NCBI RefSeq assembly: GCF_030144855.1
Contig: NC_082711.1
Coordinates: 29,140,001-29,204,000, forward strand
DNA: 64,000 nucleotides
Direction: 5' to 3'
From: Hypanus sabinus
Lineage: Eukaryota
Shown here: positions 23,900 through 37,489 of the stretch, in pieces
Numbering within the stretch: position 1 is the first letter of the stretch
How the letters are laid out: every line of letters starts with the position of its first letter
Position numbers and translations under genes: made by a program
Notes under the pieces: model-generated
Told to the model about the DNA's origin: nothing
The model's database searches: none
Seen by the model: the letters and a program-made list of their open reading frames with translations, nothing else

Positions 23900-25700
23900 G
23901 CTGACTGGATACACAATTGGTAAAAAGCAAAGAGATGGTGGAAGATTGTTTCTCAGGTGGAAGACCCATGACTAGTGGTGTGTTTCCAGTCTTTGAGTAG
24001 GGCCCATCCTTGTTTGTGATTGATATTAACAGTTAGTAAGTTTGCAGATGACACTAAAACACGTGATATAGTAGACAATTAAGGGGGTTATCAAAAATTA
24101 CAGGCAGATCTTGATCAGCTGAGTAGATAGATAGATAGATACTTTATTCATCCCCAAGGGGAAATTCAACATTTTTCCAGTGTCCCATACACTTATTTGT
24201 AGCAAAACTAATTACATACAGTATTTAACTCAGTATAAATATGATATGCATCTAAAATCACCCTGCCAAAAAGCATTAATAAATAGCTTTTAAAAAGTTC
24301 TTAAATAGTTTACTAAAGTGCATTGAATGGTAACTTAAGCTCAGTCTGGCACTTTAACATGTCTTGCCCCTGGTGGTTGAATTGTAGAACCGAATGGCGT
24401 TGGGGAGTAATGATCTCTTCATCCTGTCTGAGGAGCATTGCATTGACAGCAACCTGCCGCTGAAGCTGCTTCTCCGTCTCTGGATGGTGCTGTGCAGAGG
24501 ATGTTCAGGGTTTTCCATGATTGACCGTAGCCTACTCAGCGCCCTCCGCTCTGCCACCGATGTCATACTCTCCAGTTCTGTGCCCACGACAGAGCCCGCC
24601 TTCCTTACCAGCTTATTAAGACGTGAGGCGTCTCTCTTCTTAGTGCTGCCTCCCCAGCACGCCACCACAAAGAAGAGGGCACTCTCCACAACTGACCGAT
24701 AGAACATCTTCAGCATTTCCTTACAAACATTGAATGACGCCAGCCTTCTGAGGAAGTACAGTCGACTCTGTGCCTTCCTGCACAGGGCATCTGTGTTGGC
24801 AGTCCAGTCTAGCTTCTCATCTAACTGCACTCCCAGATACTTGTAGGTCTTTACCTGCTCCACACATTCTCCATTAATGATCACTGGCTCCATATGAGGC
24901 CGAGGTCTCCTAAAGTCCACCACCATCTCCTTGGTCTTGGTGATATTGAGACGCAGGTAGTTTGAGTTGCACCATATCACAAAGTAAACAGGCAAAGGAA
25001 TAGTAAATGGAGTTTAATTCAAATAAATGGGATGTGTTGCATTTCAGAAAGTCAAATCCAGAAAGGACTTTTACAATGCATGGCAGGGTACTGGGGAGTG
25101 TTGTAGAACAAAGGGATCTTGAAGCACAAGTACATGATTCACTAAAAGTGCACTTACAAGTAGAAGGGGTGGTAAAGAATACTTTTGGCATGCTAGCCTT
25201 CATAGGTCAGGGCATTGATAATAGAAGTTGGGAGGCAATGGTGCCATTGCCCAAGATATTGATGAAGCCACTCTTGGGAGTACTGTGATTTGTTTTGGTC
25301 ACCCTTCCATAGGAGATATGTTATTAAAGTGGAAAGAACACAGAAAAGACTTGCAAAGAATTTGCCAGGACCTGAGGGACTTGGATAGAATCAATATTCA
25401 CAGACATTTCCCCAAGGTCAGAGATTCAAAAATTAAACAGTTTTGGTTTAAGGTAAAAGGGGAAGGATTTGATAGGAATTTGGAGCAACTTTTTTTTTGT
25501 TTACCCAAAAGTGGTATCTATGTGGAACGAGCTGTCAAAGGAAGTGACTAAGGCAGGTACAACTTTTAGAAGACGCTTGGAGAGGTGTATGGACAGGAAA
25601 GGTTTAGAAATTTGTGGGCCAAACACTGGCAGATGGGGTGAGCTTGAAGGGAGGATCTTGGTCAGTACAGACCAGTTCGATTGAAGGCCTTATTTCCATA
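23900..25700 (+). mobile_element. old CR1 fragment interrupted by a Rex-Babar insertion
   Basis: SKFADDTK before 24120 continues as MEFNSNKWDVLHF after 24985. Confidence 0.8.
24125..24982 (-). mobile_element. young 5'-truncated Rex1/Babar LINE with open RT C-terminal ORF and (ATCT)n tail
   Basis: ORF 24354-24995 WC..NYLRLNITKTKEMVVDFRR..YKYLGV.LD..KAQSRLYFLRRL is uninterrupted. (TAGA)n at 24124-24141. Confidence 0.9.
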
Positions 25701-26854
25701 TACTATTCTAAAGCTCTATTCAATAGATCATTGTTGCCGAGAACACAATGCAGACAGTAATCATAACTTTGCTATCCATGACAGCATCACTGGGAAGACA
25801 TGAGAAAACAGCCCATTATTAAGTGTCCTTAAGCAAATGGTAAGCATCTACTGGAAACAAAGCATTTAACTATTTCCCTTTCTAAATATTCCATCTGTCA
25901 AATGCTTACTTTTTTTGTTTACTTTTCAGGTTGATGATTGTGGTGGAAGACAATTCAGCAGCTGCTGATAGCCAATGGTATGTCTCAGATATCTAGTTGA
26001 GTGTTAGATCTGTGATTTGTGGCAGTGTGATGGCAATATCTCACACTTCCTTGAGGGAAGGTTTTGTGTAGTTGTCATTCTTACAGTCGCTGTCACGTGA
26101 CTGTAAGAACGGAATGATACGTGCATTGGTGAGGATGTCATCTACATTTATCACTCCCGTTTGTTCATTCACCTCCTGCTACTCTGGCAGCTGGGATTCC
26201 TTCAGCACAACAAACAGTGGTATTGCTGAAGTATTCTTGAATGTGAACATTTAAATCCTCTGACATCAGAACCAGTTGTGGCATTAAGTGTTACTGTGAC
26301 CATAACTCTTAAACCCTATAAATATAACGGAACTAATTATAGGTCCAGTCACCAGCAAAATATTTCCCAGCTACTGTATGTAACATACAAGCATAAAGCT
26401 CAATCAACAAACGACTTGGGCTCAGAGACTTCCCTTCACTGAAATTCAACAATTTGTAATGTGACTGATGAGGTTACCAAGGGACTCAGAGTTTCAGAGA
26501 ACCTTGATGAGTAGTTTTGGAGATGATACACTCATACAGCTATAATTGATGCACACAAAGCTTTAAGGTGTTCCTGATGAATAAACTTAAGGTTCATACC
26601 ATCCTAAACAATCCTTCACTATTTTGAAGAGACATGGGTCAGGGATTCCATTAATTAGCTGTAATATCTTTTGTAGAAAGCTGTATTTCCTCTGTCCACC
26701 TGGTAACTCGATGGAGCTCAGAATAGTGGGAGTTTGGTGTTGGGCATGTGAATGGTGTAGCCTACACATGATACAGATACACAAATGCTGCTCAGCTTAA
26801 TTCTTCCAATAGTTCTTTGTTGCCCTAGATTCCAGCATCTGCAGTCCCTCAGGT

Positions 26855-28190
26855 CTACAAAGATTGGTGGCATTACAGATTGTGAAGAAGATTGCTGAAG
26901 GATATAGATCATTTACAGATATGGGCAGAGAAATGACAGATGGAGTTTATTCAAAGTGTAATTTGTCCAAATATGAGGTGTTACACTGGAAGATCAAATG
27001 CAAAAGGACAGTACACAGGTAATGGCAGGACCTTTAACAGTGTTGATGGACAAAGGGATTTCAGGGTCCATGCCCTGAAGGTTGCAGTACAAGTTGATAG
27101 GGTGGCAAAGATAGCTTGCCTTTATAGTCAAGGCAATGAGTTGAAGAATCAAGAAATTATGTTGTAACTTTATAAAACTTTGGTTAGGCCTCATGTGAAG
27201 TATTGCATTCAGTTCTGGTCACCTCATTATAAGAACAATGTGGAGCCTATGGAGAGGATGCAGAAGAGGTTTATTAGGATGCTGCCTGGACTAGAGGGCA
27301 TATGCTATAAGGATAGAGTGGACACATGAGTTCTTTTCAATGGCAGAGGCTAAGGAGAGAACAAAGAGAAAATTAGAAGATTATGAGAGAGGCAAGTATG
27401 TAGCTAGTATGTTTATCCCGAGGTTGAAATGTCTATTATTAGAAAGCCTATATTTAAGGTTGGGGGGGTGGGGTAAGTAGATATATGAGGAAACAGTGGT
27501 GGGTGCCTGGAATGCATTGCTGGAGTGGTAAGTGGAGGTAAATATGAAGTAGTATTTAAGAGATTGTTTGATAAATACATGAATATTCAGAGAATGGATG
27601 GGTATGGACGTAGGCAGAAGGGACTAGTTTAGTTAAGCATTTAGTTACTTGTTTAATTAGTTTGTCAAAGGGCCTGTTCCTGTGCTGTATTGTTTCATGC
27701 TCCATTAGAGCCAAATGAATACATTTGGAACCTCAATACTCAGAAACTGAGCTTCCCTAGCCTCCATTGGGCAATGAATTCCAAAACTACACTAAACAGG
27801 GTAAATATTTCTTCAGCAAAGAAAGATATCAGCTAACAGGGAAGTACCAACTAGTTAGCATTGGAAGAACATCTAAATCTTTTTGCAAGAAAGGTTATTG
27901 CAGGACACTTCGAAAAATCCATGGTAAACAGGATTTCATAACTAAGAAATCAAGTTTAACTAGTCTATTGGAGTTCTTTGAAGAAGGAACATATGCTGTG
28001 AATAATGAAGAGTCAGTGGGTGTACCATAACAAGATTTTCCAGAAGGCATTTGATACAGTACTGCACCAAAAATATTGCAGTAAATAAAAAGATGATGTA
28101 GGAAGTAACATTAGAAGATTAAGCTTGCTAACAGAAGGGAGTAGGCACAATGGATATTTTTGTAGTTGACAAGATGTAGCAAGTTGTGCT
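26855..28190 (+). mobile_element. decayed CR1 fragments
   Basis: LYKTLVRPH..YCIQFWSP-like and LTSLLEFFEE motifs, with many stops. Confidence 0.75.
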
Positions 28191-28779
28191 GTATTATTCT
28201 ATGCATCTAAATTATGTATCATAGAGCCAGTCCCCTCCAACATTCCACCATCAAATATACTCACAATACAACAAATGCTACATTACTCTCAATGCTACCC
28301 CTGTTCAAATCAGTTCGTCACATCAAGTATCCGTACAGTTCAACAGTTACCCAAATACACTCAAGGATAAATTTCCAATTCTGTTGTACACTACGTTAGG
28401 AACTAATGAAATGATCAGAGTGACACTCAAAACTTCACTGCGGATAAAATTCTTCATGGCTTTACACTTTGATTTCAGAGTATCCAGACGTAATACCCAG
28501 ACCAATATTTATCTCTCGGTTGGCATCAATGAAACAGCGTTGGTTACCGTCAGGTAACTACTGATGGGCGTTTGCTGAACACAAACTAGCTGGCACTTTT
28601 CTACACATATTCTTTAATATAGATGGCACGAGTATTGACCAGATAGCAAGGAAGCTGCCCACATACACTGACACAGTTCCCGAAATTTAAAACTGAACAG
28701 GTTGCAGATGATGACACATTAGCAGCAGCTGTAGTTGAGCTGCTGGTAGTTTGCAGAGCTCCTCTGCTCTCTGACAGCT

Positions 28780-29070
28780 CGGGAGGCGGTGTAGGGGTAG
28801 AACCGACCTCCAAACTTTTCTTGGCGCAATGCTAGCGAGACAAGCCCGAACCTCTCTCGTTCTCCTACCTGGTGATGAAGACACGGCAAAGCCCAGCCAC
28901 CTTTTGTCGCCGACGATCCCGCGCAGACGCCAGCCAAACCCTAATGCGCGCGCTTTTCCCCACCAGGTCGAGTGCGCAGGCGCGGGTTCAAACCTGGCGC
29001 GTTCCTGACGGCCGGACGGTTCCGCTACCAACGGACGCCTGTTGGCGACTCCGGCAACTACAACTTGTGA
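28780..29070 (-). promoter_or_regulatory. NCAPG2: CpG-rich NCAPG2 promoter and non-coding exon 1 (donor CAG|GTAGGA after 28869)
   Basis: The clearest non-repeat CpG-dense patch in the window. TTTGAA (CHR, minus strand) 28987-28992; CDE-like ACGCGC 4 nt upstream (28997-29002); TGCGCAGGCGCG (NRF1-like) 28973-28984; CAACGG (MYB) 29029-29034; ACTACAACT 29057-29065. Confidence 0.75.
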
Positions 29071-29229
29071 AGAAATCTTCCATTCGTCAGCTGAGACACG
29101 ATCTAATTGTCCCCTGAGAAGATGCTGCTGGGCTTCTGACTTCCTTTCCATTTATGATGAAGGGTCTCGGCTCGTCACGTTTTTTCCCCCTCTCCACTGA
29201 GTTTCTCCATCATTTGTGCGTGTGTCGAG

Positions 29230-29780
29230 TCAAGTTTATTGTCATTGAGTACATACATGTAAATAACGTATATAATACATATGTAGAAACGAGACAACGT
29301 TTCTTCGAACTAGGGTGTAAAGCACATAACAAAAGCTAACTTGTGAAGGTACGGATAAAATCTGCAGATGAATCACACATAAATAACAAACTAGTGTGCA
29401 TTAATGTTAAATATTGTAAGGTACGGAACAGATTGAACAGTTCCATTTCGAAAACGATGCGGCCTAGAGTTCAGAAGCCTAATGAATGGCCTGAGGGAAG
29501 AAGCTGGTTTCTCTTTCTGACCGCTCTTGTTTTTATGCATGGTAGTCTCTTGTATGACGGTAGAAAGTCAAAGAAAAAACTAGATGGATGAGTGGGATCC
29601 TTGATCATACTAAGGACCCTGCGTATGCAGCGCTCCTGATAAATGACCCCGATGGATAGTAGGGAGACTCCTATGATTCTCTCAGTCCTTTGTAGGGACT
29701 TCAGGTCCAATGCCTGACTGCTCCCATACCAGATGGAGATGCAACTTGTCAGGACACTCAAAGTGGTACTCCTGTAAAAC
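29230..29780 (-). mobile_element. Rex-Babar LINE 3' fragment
   Basis: FYRST..SVLTSCISIWYGS..LQR..ERIIG..I.DPTHPS..FF..LPS in ORF 29471-29932. Confidence 0.75.
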
Positions 29781-29892
29781 GAAGATACTGACTGTTTATT
29801 TCTCTCCTTAGATTCTGCCTGACCTGCATAGTTCCACCAGTATTTTATGTGAGGCTGGTAGGCTGCTTTGTTGGTTGCATATCTTCTGAGCG

Positions 29893-30361
29893 TGAGGCCT
29901 CCGTCCATCAGAGTTGACCATGGGTGTTGCATCCTAGCTCTCTAGATACTGAAGCCTGAGCAGTATTATATAGAGAATAAGCTGTTGCCCATATAGCAAG
30001 ATGCCCCCCCCCCAAGCTTCTGATGAATCCAAGGTAATGGCAGAGACCAATGCAGTTTGTGGCATGAGTTGCCAGTCAGCATTGAACTTAATGTTGGGAC
30101 TCTGGCTCCAGATTTGAGATCAGAGTTTTCCTTCTAGATGAACAGCCAACCACAGCTGATTAGCTCCATCTGCCCGAAGCGACTGGTTTTAAGGCACCAG
30201 TAACCCGCCTTTGCCCCTTCTCATGTAATTAGAAACAATTCTGATTGGCTTAATAGCTGTATGAAGGCCAGAAGCTGGACTTCGTTGTCAGAGGCTATTT
30301 GAGGAGCAAGCCATTGGGAGCATGAATAAGTAGTGGGAGCTTGTCCCCATTACCACCTCCA
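29893..30361 (-). mobile_element. second copy of the RTE-like short element (see 9028-9561)
   Basis: Reverse complement shares several blocks with 9028-9561. Confidence 0.6.
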
Positions 30362-32846
30362 GCTTTAAGGAACAACTTTAAGGAACTGGTTGCATACCTT
30401 GAGGTGTGGATATACCCATGAATTCTGCAGGATTTACTTACATGTAGCACCTGCTTGGTAGTCATTATATGTCAAGATGCTCCATCATCACCTACATATG
30501 AGAACAATATAGCAGAGCAAAAACGTATATTTTAAAGAGGACCTGCAGGGGTCTCAGAAAGGAATTACAGAGCCTGGTGCTTTGGTAGTTGCTTGTCACT
30601 CATTGTCAGAATCAGGTTTATTATCATTATCTCAAATGACGTGTAATTTGTTATTTTGAGGCAGCAGTACAGTGCAAAGGCATAAGATTACTATAAGTGA
30701 CAAAATGTAGTGTTCAAGGATTGTTCAGAAATTTGATGGTGAGTGGGAAGAAACTATATCTGAATCATTGAGTCTGGGCCTTGAGTCTCAAGTACCCCCT
30801 TTCCAATGGTGTTAATGAGAAGAGGGCATGGGCCTTTAGTCATGGATGCTGCCTTTTTAAAACACTGCCTCTTGAAGATATCTTCAAAGGTGGGGAGAAT
30901 TGTGCCCATGATTGTCATAACCGCAGATTTGGTAGCGCTTGTGAATTTGCATGTGTCTTTTAATTATTTAATCATGATAGTATTTAACTCCATACTTGTT
31001 GTTGTAATGCTTATTGAGACTTGGACAAAGCACAGCAATGCTTTGCTTTTGTTTTGTATTGGCCACGCCTGAGAAATTGGACAGTGGAGTCAACTGACTC
31101 TGAAGACTTGCGGTATTCATTTAATAATTAGATGTTCTTTTCAGCCGCAGTGTAGGCTTTGCTTTTCGTCTGAGCGTTTTAGTTAATGGCCCTGTTTGGC
31201 CTAGCGTTTATTGTTTTATTTTCCCTTGCCCCCCTCCACCCACCCAAATGCGGAGTGAGTGACACTGAAGCGGGTCAATAGTTCACAAAACTTTAATGCG
31301 AACAGTGATCAAGGGAAAAGAGCAAAGCTATGCTAAGTTGTGAAGAAGAGGAAGGGTTGGAAAGAACCCAGAAAATGACAATAATGGTATATTTCCCTTA
31401 TGCTTTCAATCCCAAAAGAGGCCACCATTCCTTTGCCTCCACTGATGCTGCTTGCTCACTGAGTTCCTCCAGCAGATTGTATTTTGTCCAAATTCCACTA
31501 TTTGCAGTCTCTTTGGTGTCTTTGATGTCCACAATAGGCTGGAGTAATAGAATTAAACAGCTTCGGCCCAACCCTCTGTGCCAAACAATATGTGTATCCA
31601 GCTAGTCGTATTTAACTGAATTTGGCCCATATTCCTCTAAATCATTTCTAAGCAAATGCCAAGATGTTGTTTAAACATTGTAATTATACCCACCTGTATA
31701 ACCTCTTAAGACCATAAAACAGAGGAGCAGCATTAGGCCATTCCATCATGGCTGATTTAATATCACTGTCAACCCCACTCTCCTCCACTTTAAGTATGGC
31801 AGCTTGTCAGTATATCCACCACCCTTTAGGAGTTAAAAGAAGCTTAAATTATGGTAAATATGGAGGATCCTGGTGAGATGAAGGCTTGTCATATTGTAGC
31901 TGTTCAGTCTGGAGGAATTGTAAATGGAAAGAGGTGAATGAGAATGGGAAGTTGCTGTAAATTTGAAATGAAAAAGAATAAGTAGGGCTGTGTCCATGGA
32001 CAGAGAAAAATAGAATTAATGTTAGCTTTCATCAGAATAGTTATGATACAAACCAGATTAGTCAGTTAATTATTGAATTCCATTTTGAGTCCTGAGTAAC
32101 ATCTATAGTCTGAAGATAAGATATTGTTCTTTGTAGTTGTTTTGTGTTTTATTGGAATGGCTTACTGTAAAGATTCGCACTGATTTTTGCTTTTAGTTTC
32201 TTGTGTATATTGTAATCAAAATTTAGTCCATGTACGATTAATTACAGACATGAAGAACTCTTATTTCAGTCAGATAGAAGTAAAACAAAGTCTGAAATTT
32301 ACTCACTAAAGGCAAGTAGTCTGTATGCTCACAGGTGGTTGTTTTATTATCATAATAAGGCCAGTTCCTCATTAATTACCATTTTCAATTAAACTCAGAA
32401 AAAGTGGAGCCCTTTTCTGAATAGCCTGCTAGATCTATTTTACTCCCTGGGACCGGGGAAGTTAAGAGTTATAGAGAACAGATAGGGATGTAGAATTGAA
32501 GTCAAGATGAAATCAACCAATATCCATTTGTATGGTGGAGCACCATAGAGGGGGGAATATGTCCTGCTTCTGGTTCCTCTTATTCTCTTACCAGATACCC
32601 ATCCCTTTACCATTCTTCCATTTGACCTCCTGTATAAACTTTTGCAGTCTCCCTGCAAATACTTCTGATATTCAGCAGGCAGTTGGAAAAGATTTGAAAC
32701 TTTAGGTCAGAGCCATCAGAATCTCCTCCCTTGCCTTCATCACAGCCTGGGATACTTCCATGCTATTAGGTTAGGCAAGGAATAGAATTCTGTAGCATTT
32801 CCCATTGACTTTTGTACTACCTTAAGTGTGCTGAGAAAGTGCAGGG

Positions 32847-32849
<3 letters not shown>

Positions 32850-32877
<28 letters not shown>
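32850..32877. repeat. (CA)14 microsatellite
   Basis: Direct reading. Confidence 0.95.
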
Positions 32878-33939
32878 ATGTGGGATGTGGGAGGACCTCA
32901 GCAGGTCAAGCAGCACCTATGGAAATGAATAAACAGTCGACATTTTGGGTCAAGATCCTTTATCAGAACTGGAAAGGAAGGGAAAAGATGCAAGAATAAG
33001 AAAGTGGGGGAGGGGAAGGAGTACAAGCTGGAAGGTGATAGATGAAACCAGCTTGCTGGTGGAGGGGGATGAAGTAAGAAGCTGGAAAGTGATAGGTGGT
33101 AAAGGTAAAGAGCTGGAGAAAACAGAAACGTTGCTGTAGTAGCTGCAGAGATGATATATGAAGAGAGACACAAGAGAATGTAGGTGCTGGAATCCAGAGC
33201 TACAATCAGTCTGCTGGAGGAGCTTAGCAGATCTATAGGAGTAAAGCAATTGTTGAAGTTCTTCTTCTGTTGTTTTATGGCGGTTGGCAAACCAGCTTTA
33301 AGGTGCATTATCACCACCTACTAGACTAGAGTGTGGATCGTTTGATAAACAGGAGGAATGAAAAGAATTGCATTCCCTAAATTCTATATAATAAACCAGA
33401 GTCTTTCAAATACTTCATGATATAGGTCCATATTTCTCTTGAACTCCCACCTAAAATGTCTTCTATACGGCAGTTTTTTGTTTATCTGAAGCGCTCCTAT
33501 CAATTGTTGAAGTTTCAAGCTTATTATCAGGACAGATTATGTGCTTTCAGTAATGGCAACCTACTCCTAAAATGTCAATATGTCAGTACACCAGCAAGTG
33601 GCAAAATTTTCCATCATTCAGGCTTGAATTTTTAGTTTGATACTTGGTTTTGTTCGGTGATTTTTCTGGCTTTACTGGTGTTTTGCTAAAATCAGATATG
33701 TCCAATTATTTAAATAAAACTGCAGAAGCTGAATCAATTTCCAGCCAACAATTGTAAGCTGATTCAGTCTTATATTTAAGTACTTCTAAACAAGTTATTT
33801 TTTCAGGTAATTTCTAACATCTTTTGGTTCTCTACCTATTTCTTCCCAAGCTTTTGCTCTTATGACCTTTTCTCAACACCTACACACCAGTAACCAATGT
33901 ATCTCAAAAACAAATAGGATTCATCCATCATTATTGTTT

Positions 33940-34520
33940 TGGTTTACTATCATCTTGTACCAAGATACAGGAAAAAGTTTGTCTTGTTCATACAGATCAA
34001 GTCATACACAGTGCATTCAGGTAGAACAGGATAAAACAATAACAGAATGTAAAATAAAGAGTAACAGCTACAGAGAAAATGCAGTGCTGGTAAACAATAC
34101 AGAGCAAGATCATGAGGTAGATTGTGAGCTCAAGAGTCCATCTTATCGTACAAGAAGTCCATTCACGAGTTTGATAACAACAGGATAGAGCCTGGTGTAT
34201 GTGCTTTCTGCCTTTTGTATCTTCTCCCTGATGAGAGAGGGAGAAGAAAGAATGTCTGATGTAGGTGTTCCTTGATTATGCTTACTGCTGCCAGTGAAAA
34301 GTATAGGCAGAGTCCATGGAAAACATGTCCTCAACTCTCTGCATTTCCTTCCAGTCCTGTGCAGAGAAGTTGCCATACCAAGCTGTTGCGCATCCCAACA
34401 GGTTGCATTCTCTGGTGCATTGACAAAAATTTGTAAAGGTTGATGGGATAATGCCAAATTTATTTAGCTCCTGAGGAAGTAGAGGCATCAATGAACTTTT
34501 TTGACGATTACATCAATGTT
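33940..34520 (-). mobile_element. Rex-Babar LINE 3' fragment
   Basis: L.KFG..PST.TNF..CT.E..L.GC.TAWYGN.SAQD.K..QRV in ORF 34282-34491. Confidence 0.7.
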
Positions 34521-34529
34521 GGGTCCATA

Positions 34530-36260
34530 AGACCACAAGACATAGGAGCAGAATTAGGCCATTCAGCCAATTGATTCTGCTCTGCCATTCCATCATGGCT
34601 GGTCCTTGATCCCACCCAACCTCATACACCTGCCTTCTCTTCATATCCTTTGATGCCCTAGCCAATCAGGAAACTTCCAGTCTAAATATACCCATGGACT
34701 TGGCCTTTACCATAATCTGTGGCACAGCATTCCACAGATTAACTACTCTCTGGCTAAAAAAATAATTCCTCCTTACCTCTGTTCTATAAGGTTGTTTCTC
34801 AATTTTAAGGCTGCACCCTCTAGTTCTGGATACTACCACCATAGGAAATATCTTCTCCACATCCACCTTATCTAGTCCTTTCAACATTTGGTAGGATTCA
34901 ATGAGATCCTCCCACCACCACCGCCCGCATTTTTCTAAATTCCAGTGATTACAAGCACAAAGCTGTCAAACACTCCTCATATGTTAATTCCTTCATTCCC
35001 AGAATCATCCTCATGAATCTCCTCTGGGTTCTGTCTAATGACAACACATTCTTTCTGAGATATGGGGCCCAAAACTGTTGACAAGTGCGTTTGCATTTGC
35101 CAGCTTTACCACAGAACAACCAGTTAATTAATCTCTGAGTGTCTTGCATGAATACTCCTAAATCCTCTGCGCCTCTGATGTTTAATCCTTCTCCCCATTT
35201 AGATAATAGTCCACACTCTTGTTCCTTCTACCAAAATGCATTATCATACTGTTACGAATGTGCCACAACTCTGAGGGGCCGAAGGGTACAAAGTCGCCCC
35301 CCTCCTTTTTGAGAATCGCAAGATCGCTATTAATTCGGGTCTGGGACCCAGGAAATGAGAGAGAATCCACAAGGTTTGGAATGTGTCCTGGCCTCAGCGA
35401 AACAAAAACCACTGATAACGGCTATTGTCTCTTGGAGACAGAATTGTGTATTGAGTACTGTACTATTTATTGAAGCCCCTCAGGGGACGACCAGAGTGGG
35501 CTGGTTGAGGGATTGCATCATCCCAACCTGATTGACATCTGAGACCCCTTGAGTAAGGATAAAAGAGGGTCTGGGGAACAACCCCTTTAGCCGCGCCAGG
35601 AGAAACGCTAGAAATCCCGTGACAGCGTTTAATAGCGACAGCTGGTGGGGGGCTCATGTGCATCCTTCCCTTGCCTGGGATTGGCGGGCTAACCACGGAA
35701 GAACGGCTTAGCTAAAGAAGAGGCCACAAGTGAACGGCCACACACCAACGAGACTCCGACGGATCGAAATCATAAAAGGAAAGCCGGCAAGTTTTTCTCC
35801 CAAAAATCTCTCTCTCTCTCCAACCATTGCAAACCCAGCAGTCCCCAAAGGCTGCAGCCTGCATGAACTGAGTGACTTTTATATTTCCATCGGACAATAC
35901 ATTATCCCCTAGACAACAATAGAGCTTATTTCTTATTGATTACTATTATACCCGCACTTTTAGATCTAGTATTGACGACGTACATTATCTGTATGTTTGC
36001 ATTGATATTATTTTTGTGCATTTTTACTAATAAATACTGTTAAAAATAGTATCATCAGACTTCAACGGACCTCTCTATCTTTGCTGGTAAGTGACCCAGT
36101 TACGGGGTTCGTAACAATACATTTCCCAACACTATGCCGCCTGCCTCTTTTTTGCCCATTCTTCCAATTTGTCTAAGTCTTACTGCAATTACATTGCTTC
36201 CTCAACACTACCAGCTCTCCAACTATCTTCATATCATCTATAAACCTTGCCACAAAGCCA
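34530..36260 (-). mobile_element. CR1 fragment interrupted by a solo LTR
   Basis: KGLDKVD.EK.FP..SRTRG and MHFGRRNK motifs on both sides of the LTR. Confidence 0.8.
35250..36116 (+). mobile_element. solo LTR (Gypsy/ERV-type)
   Basis: TGTTACGAA...TTCGTAACA inverted termini, 4-bp TSD ATAC, internal AATAAA. Related copy at 41551-42315. Confidence 0.9.
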
Positions 36261-36399
36261 TCAATTCCAGGTCAGGACAGATGATGTTCATTCTTAGGAA
36301 CTTGAAGCTCTCAATGCTCTCAACCTCAACAGTGCTTATGTCCACTGGAGCATGGGCACTATACCCCTTTCTGACATCAATGACCAACTATTTTTTTTG

Positions 36400-37489
36400 T
36401 TAAGTGACTGAAGTGAACCTGACAGCAGAGCTACATCAGGTTCGGCGTCTGCTGGAAACGAAACAAAAGCAAGGACAGACAGTGAATGACACCGTGGAAT
36501 TTCTAGCTCTATTGAGACCCTATTGTGATGCATTTATAGATTTATACAAACGAATCTGCATATCACTGACTGCCCGTGACAACTGCCTCATGCAAATGGA
36601 GTTTCTCTTGCCTCATACACCTCAAAAACTACCTAAGGAATAGCAGTGGTGATGCTCGGAACAGCAACTTGGCCCTGTTGGTCATAAACAGCCTGAGGAC
36701 CAAGGCACTTGACATCCAGAAAATCATTGATGCTTTTGCCACCAATCACAACAACACGTGGATTGTGCTTCTCTGAGAACGTCAATGGTGAGTGCAGTTG
36801 ACTTTTTAAAAAATTGGGCCTAGACTAATGCTGATATTAATTATTCTTTTGTGGTGGATACCCCATAGTTGTTATGTTTCCTGCAAATCCTAAAAAACAT
36901 TTACTGCTATTAAGCCTATTGGTTTTGCTTAGACTTCCAAGCAGTGATTCTGTTGATTTTTGTTTTAAATTCTGTAGCCAGATTAATTGAGGTATTGCAT
37001 GGTCAGGGTACGATTTGTCCAACTCCTGGTAAAGCCTTGCATCTGCTGTTTGCCTTATTTGACTTTAATAATGGTGTATCTTTTGGCATTGTCTGTCTAT
37101 GTAATGAGAATAGCAGTGGACATTGTGGATTAGTGTTGTGTTTTTCAGTTGAAAAGCATGCATTTGATGCTGATTGCGGGATTGGTGCGTGATTCATGTT
37201 GTGCGCTGTGGATCGGATGCTCTGTCGGTTTGTTTGTTTATGCTCTGTGTAGCCCGGGTTGCCTCCGATGCTGTTGACGCTGTCACAGTTCACTTCTATA
37301 TTAGATCTATCAATTGCCGTTGCTTGTGAATCAACAGAAGCATTTTTAATAGGCACATAATGCTTGAAACTGACTTTTCAACTGGCCTTGCGAATACATA
37401 TTACCATACAGTACATCCCTCAGCACCATCACTGAATAATTCAGCCCCACTGTAGCACCAGCAAGAAAAAATCTCTGACGCCGCCAGTG
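36400..37489 (+). mobile_element. hAT (Tip100/ZMYM-like) transposon 3' half with dimerisation-domain remnant
   Basis: F.DLYK...I.LT.PVTTASC..SFS.L..LKNYLRNS....R.SNLALL.IN matches the hATC dimerisation motif. Terminus ..CTGACGCCGCCAGTG at 37489. Confidence 0.8.

Noticed and set aside
28687-29151. 154-aa ORF over the CpG island
   Set aside because: Stop-poor GC-rich promoter DNA. The NCAPG2 protein starts at 22857.
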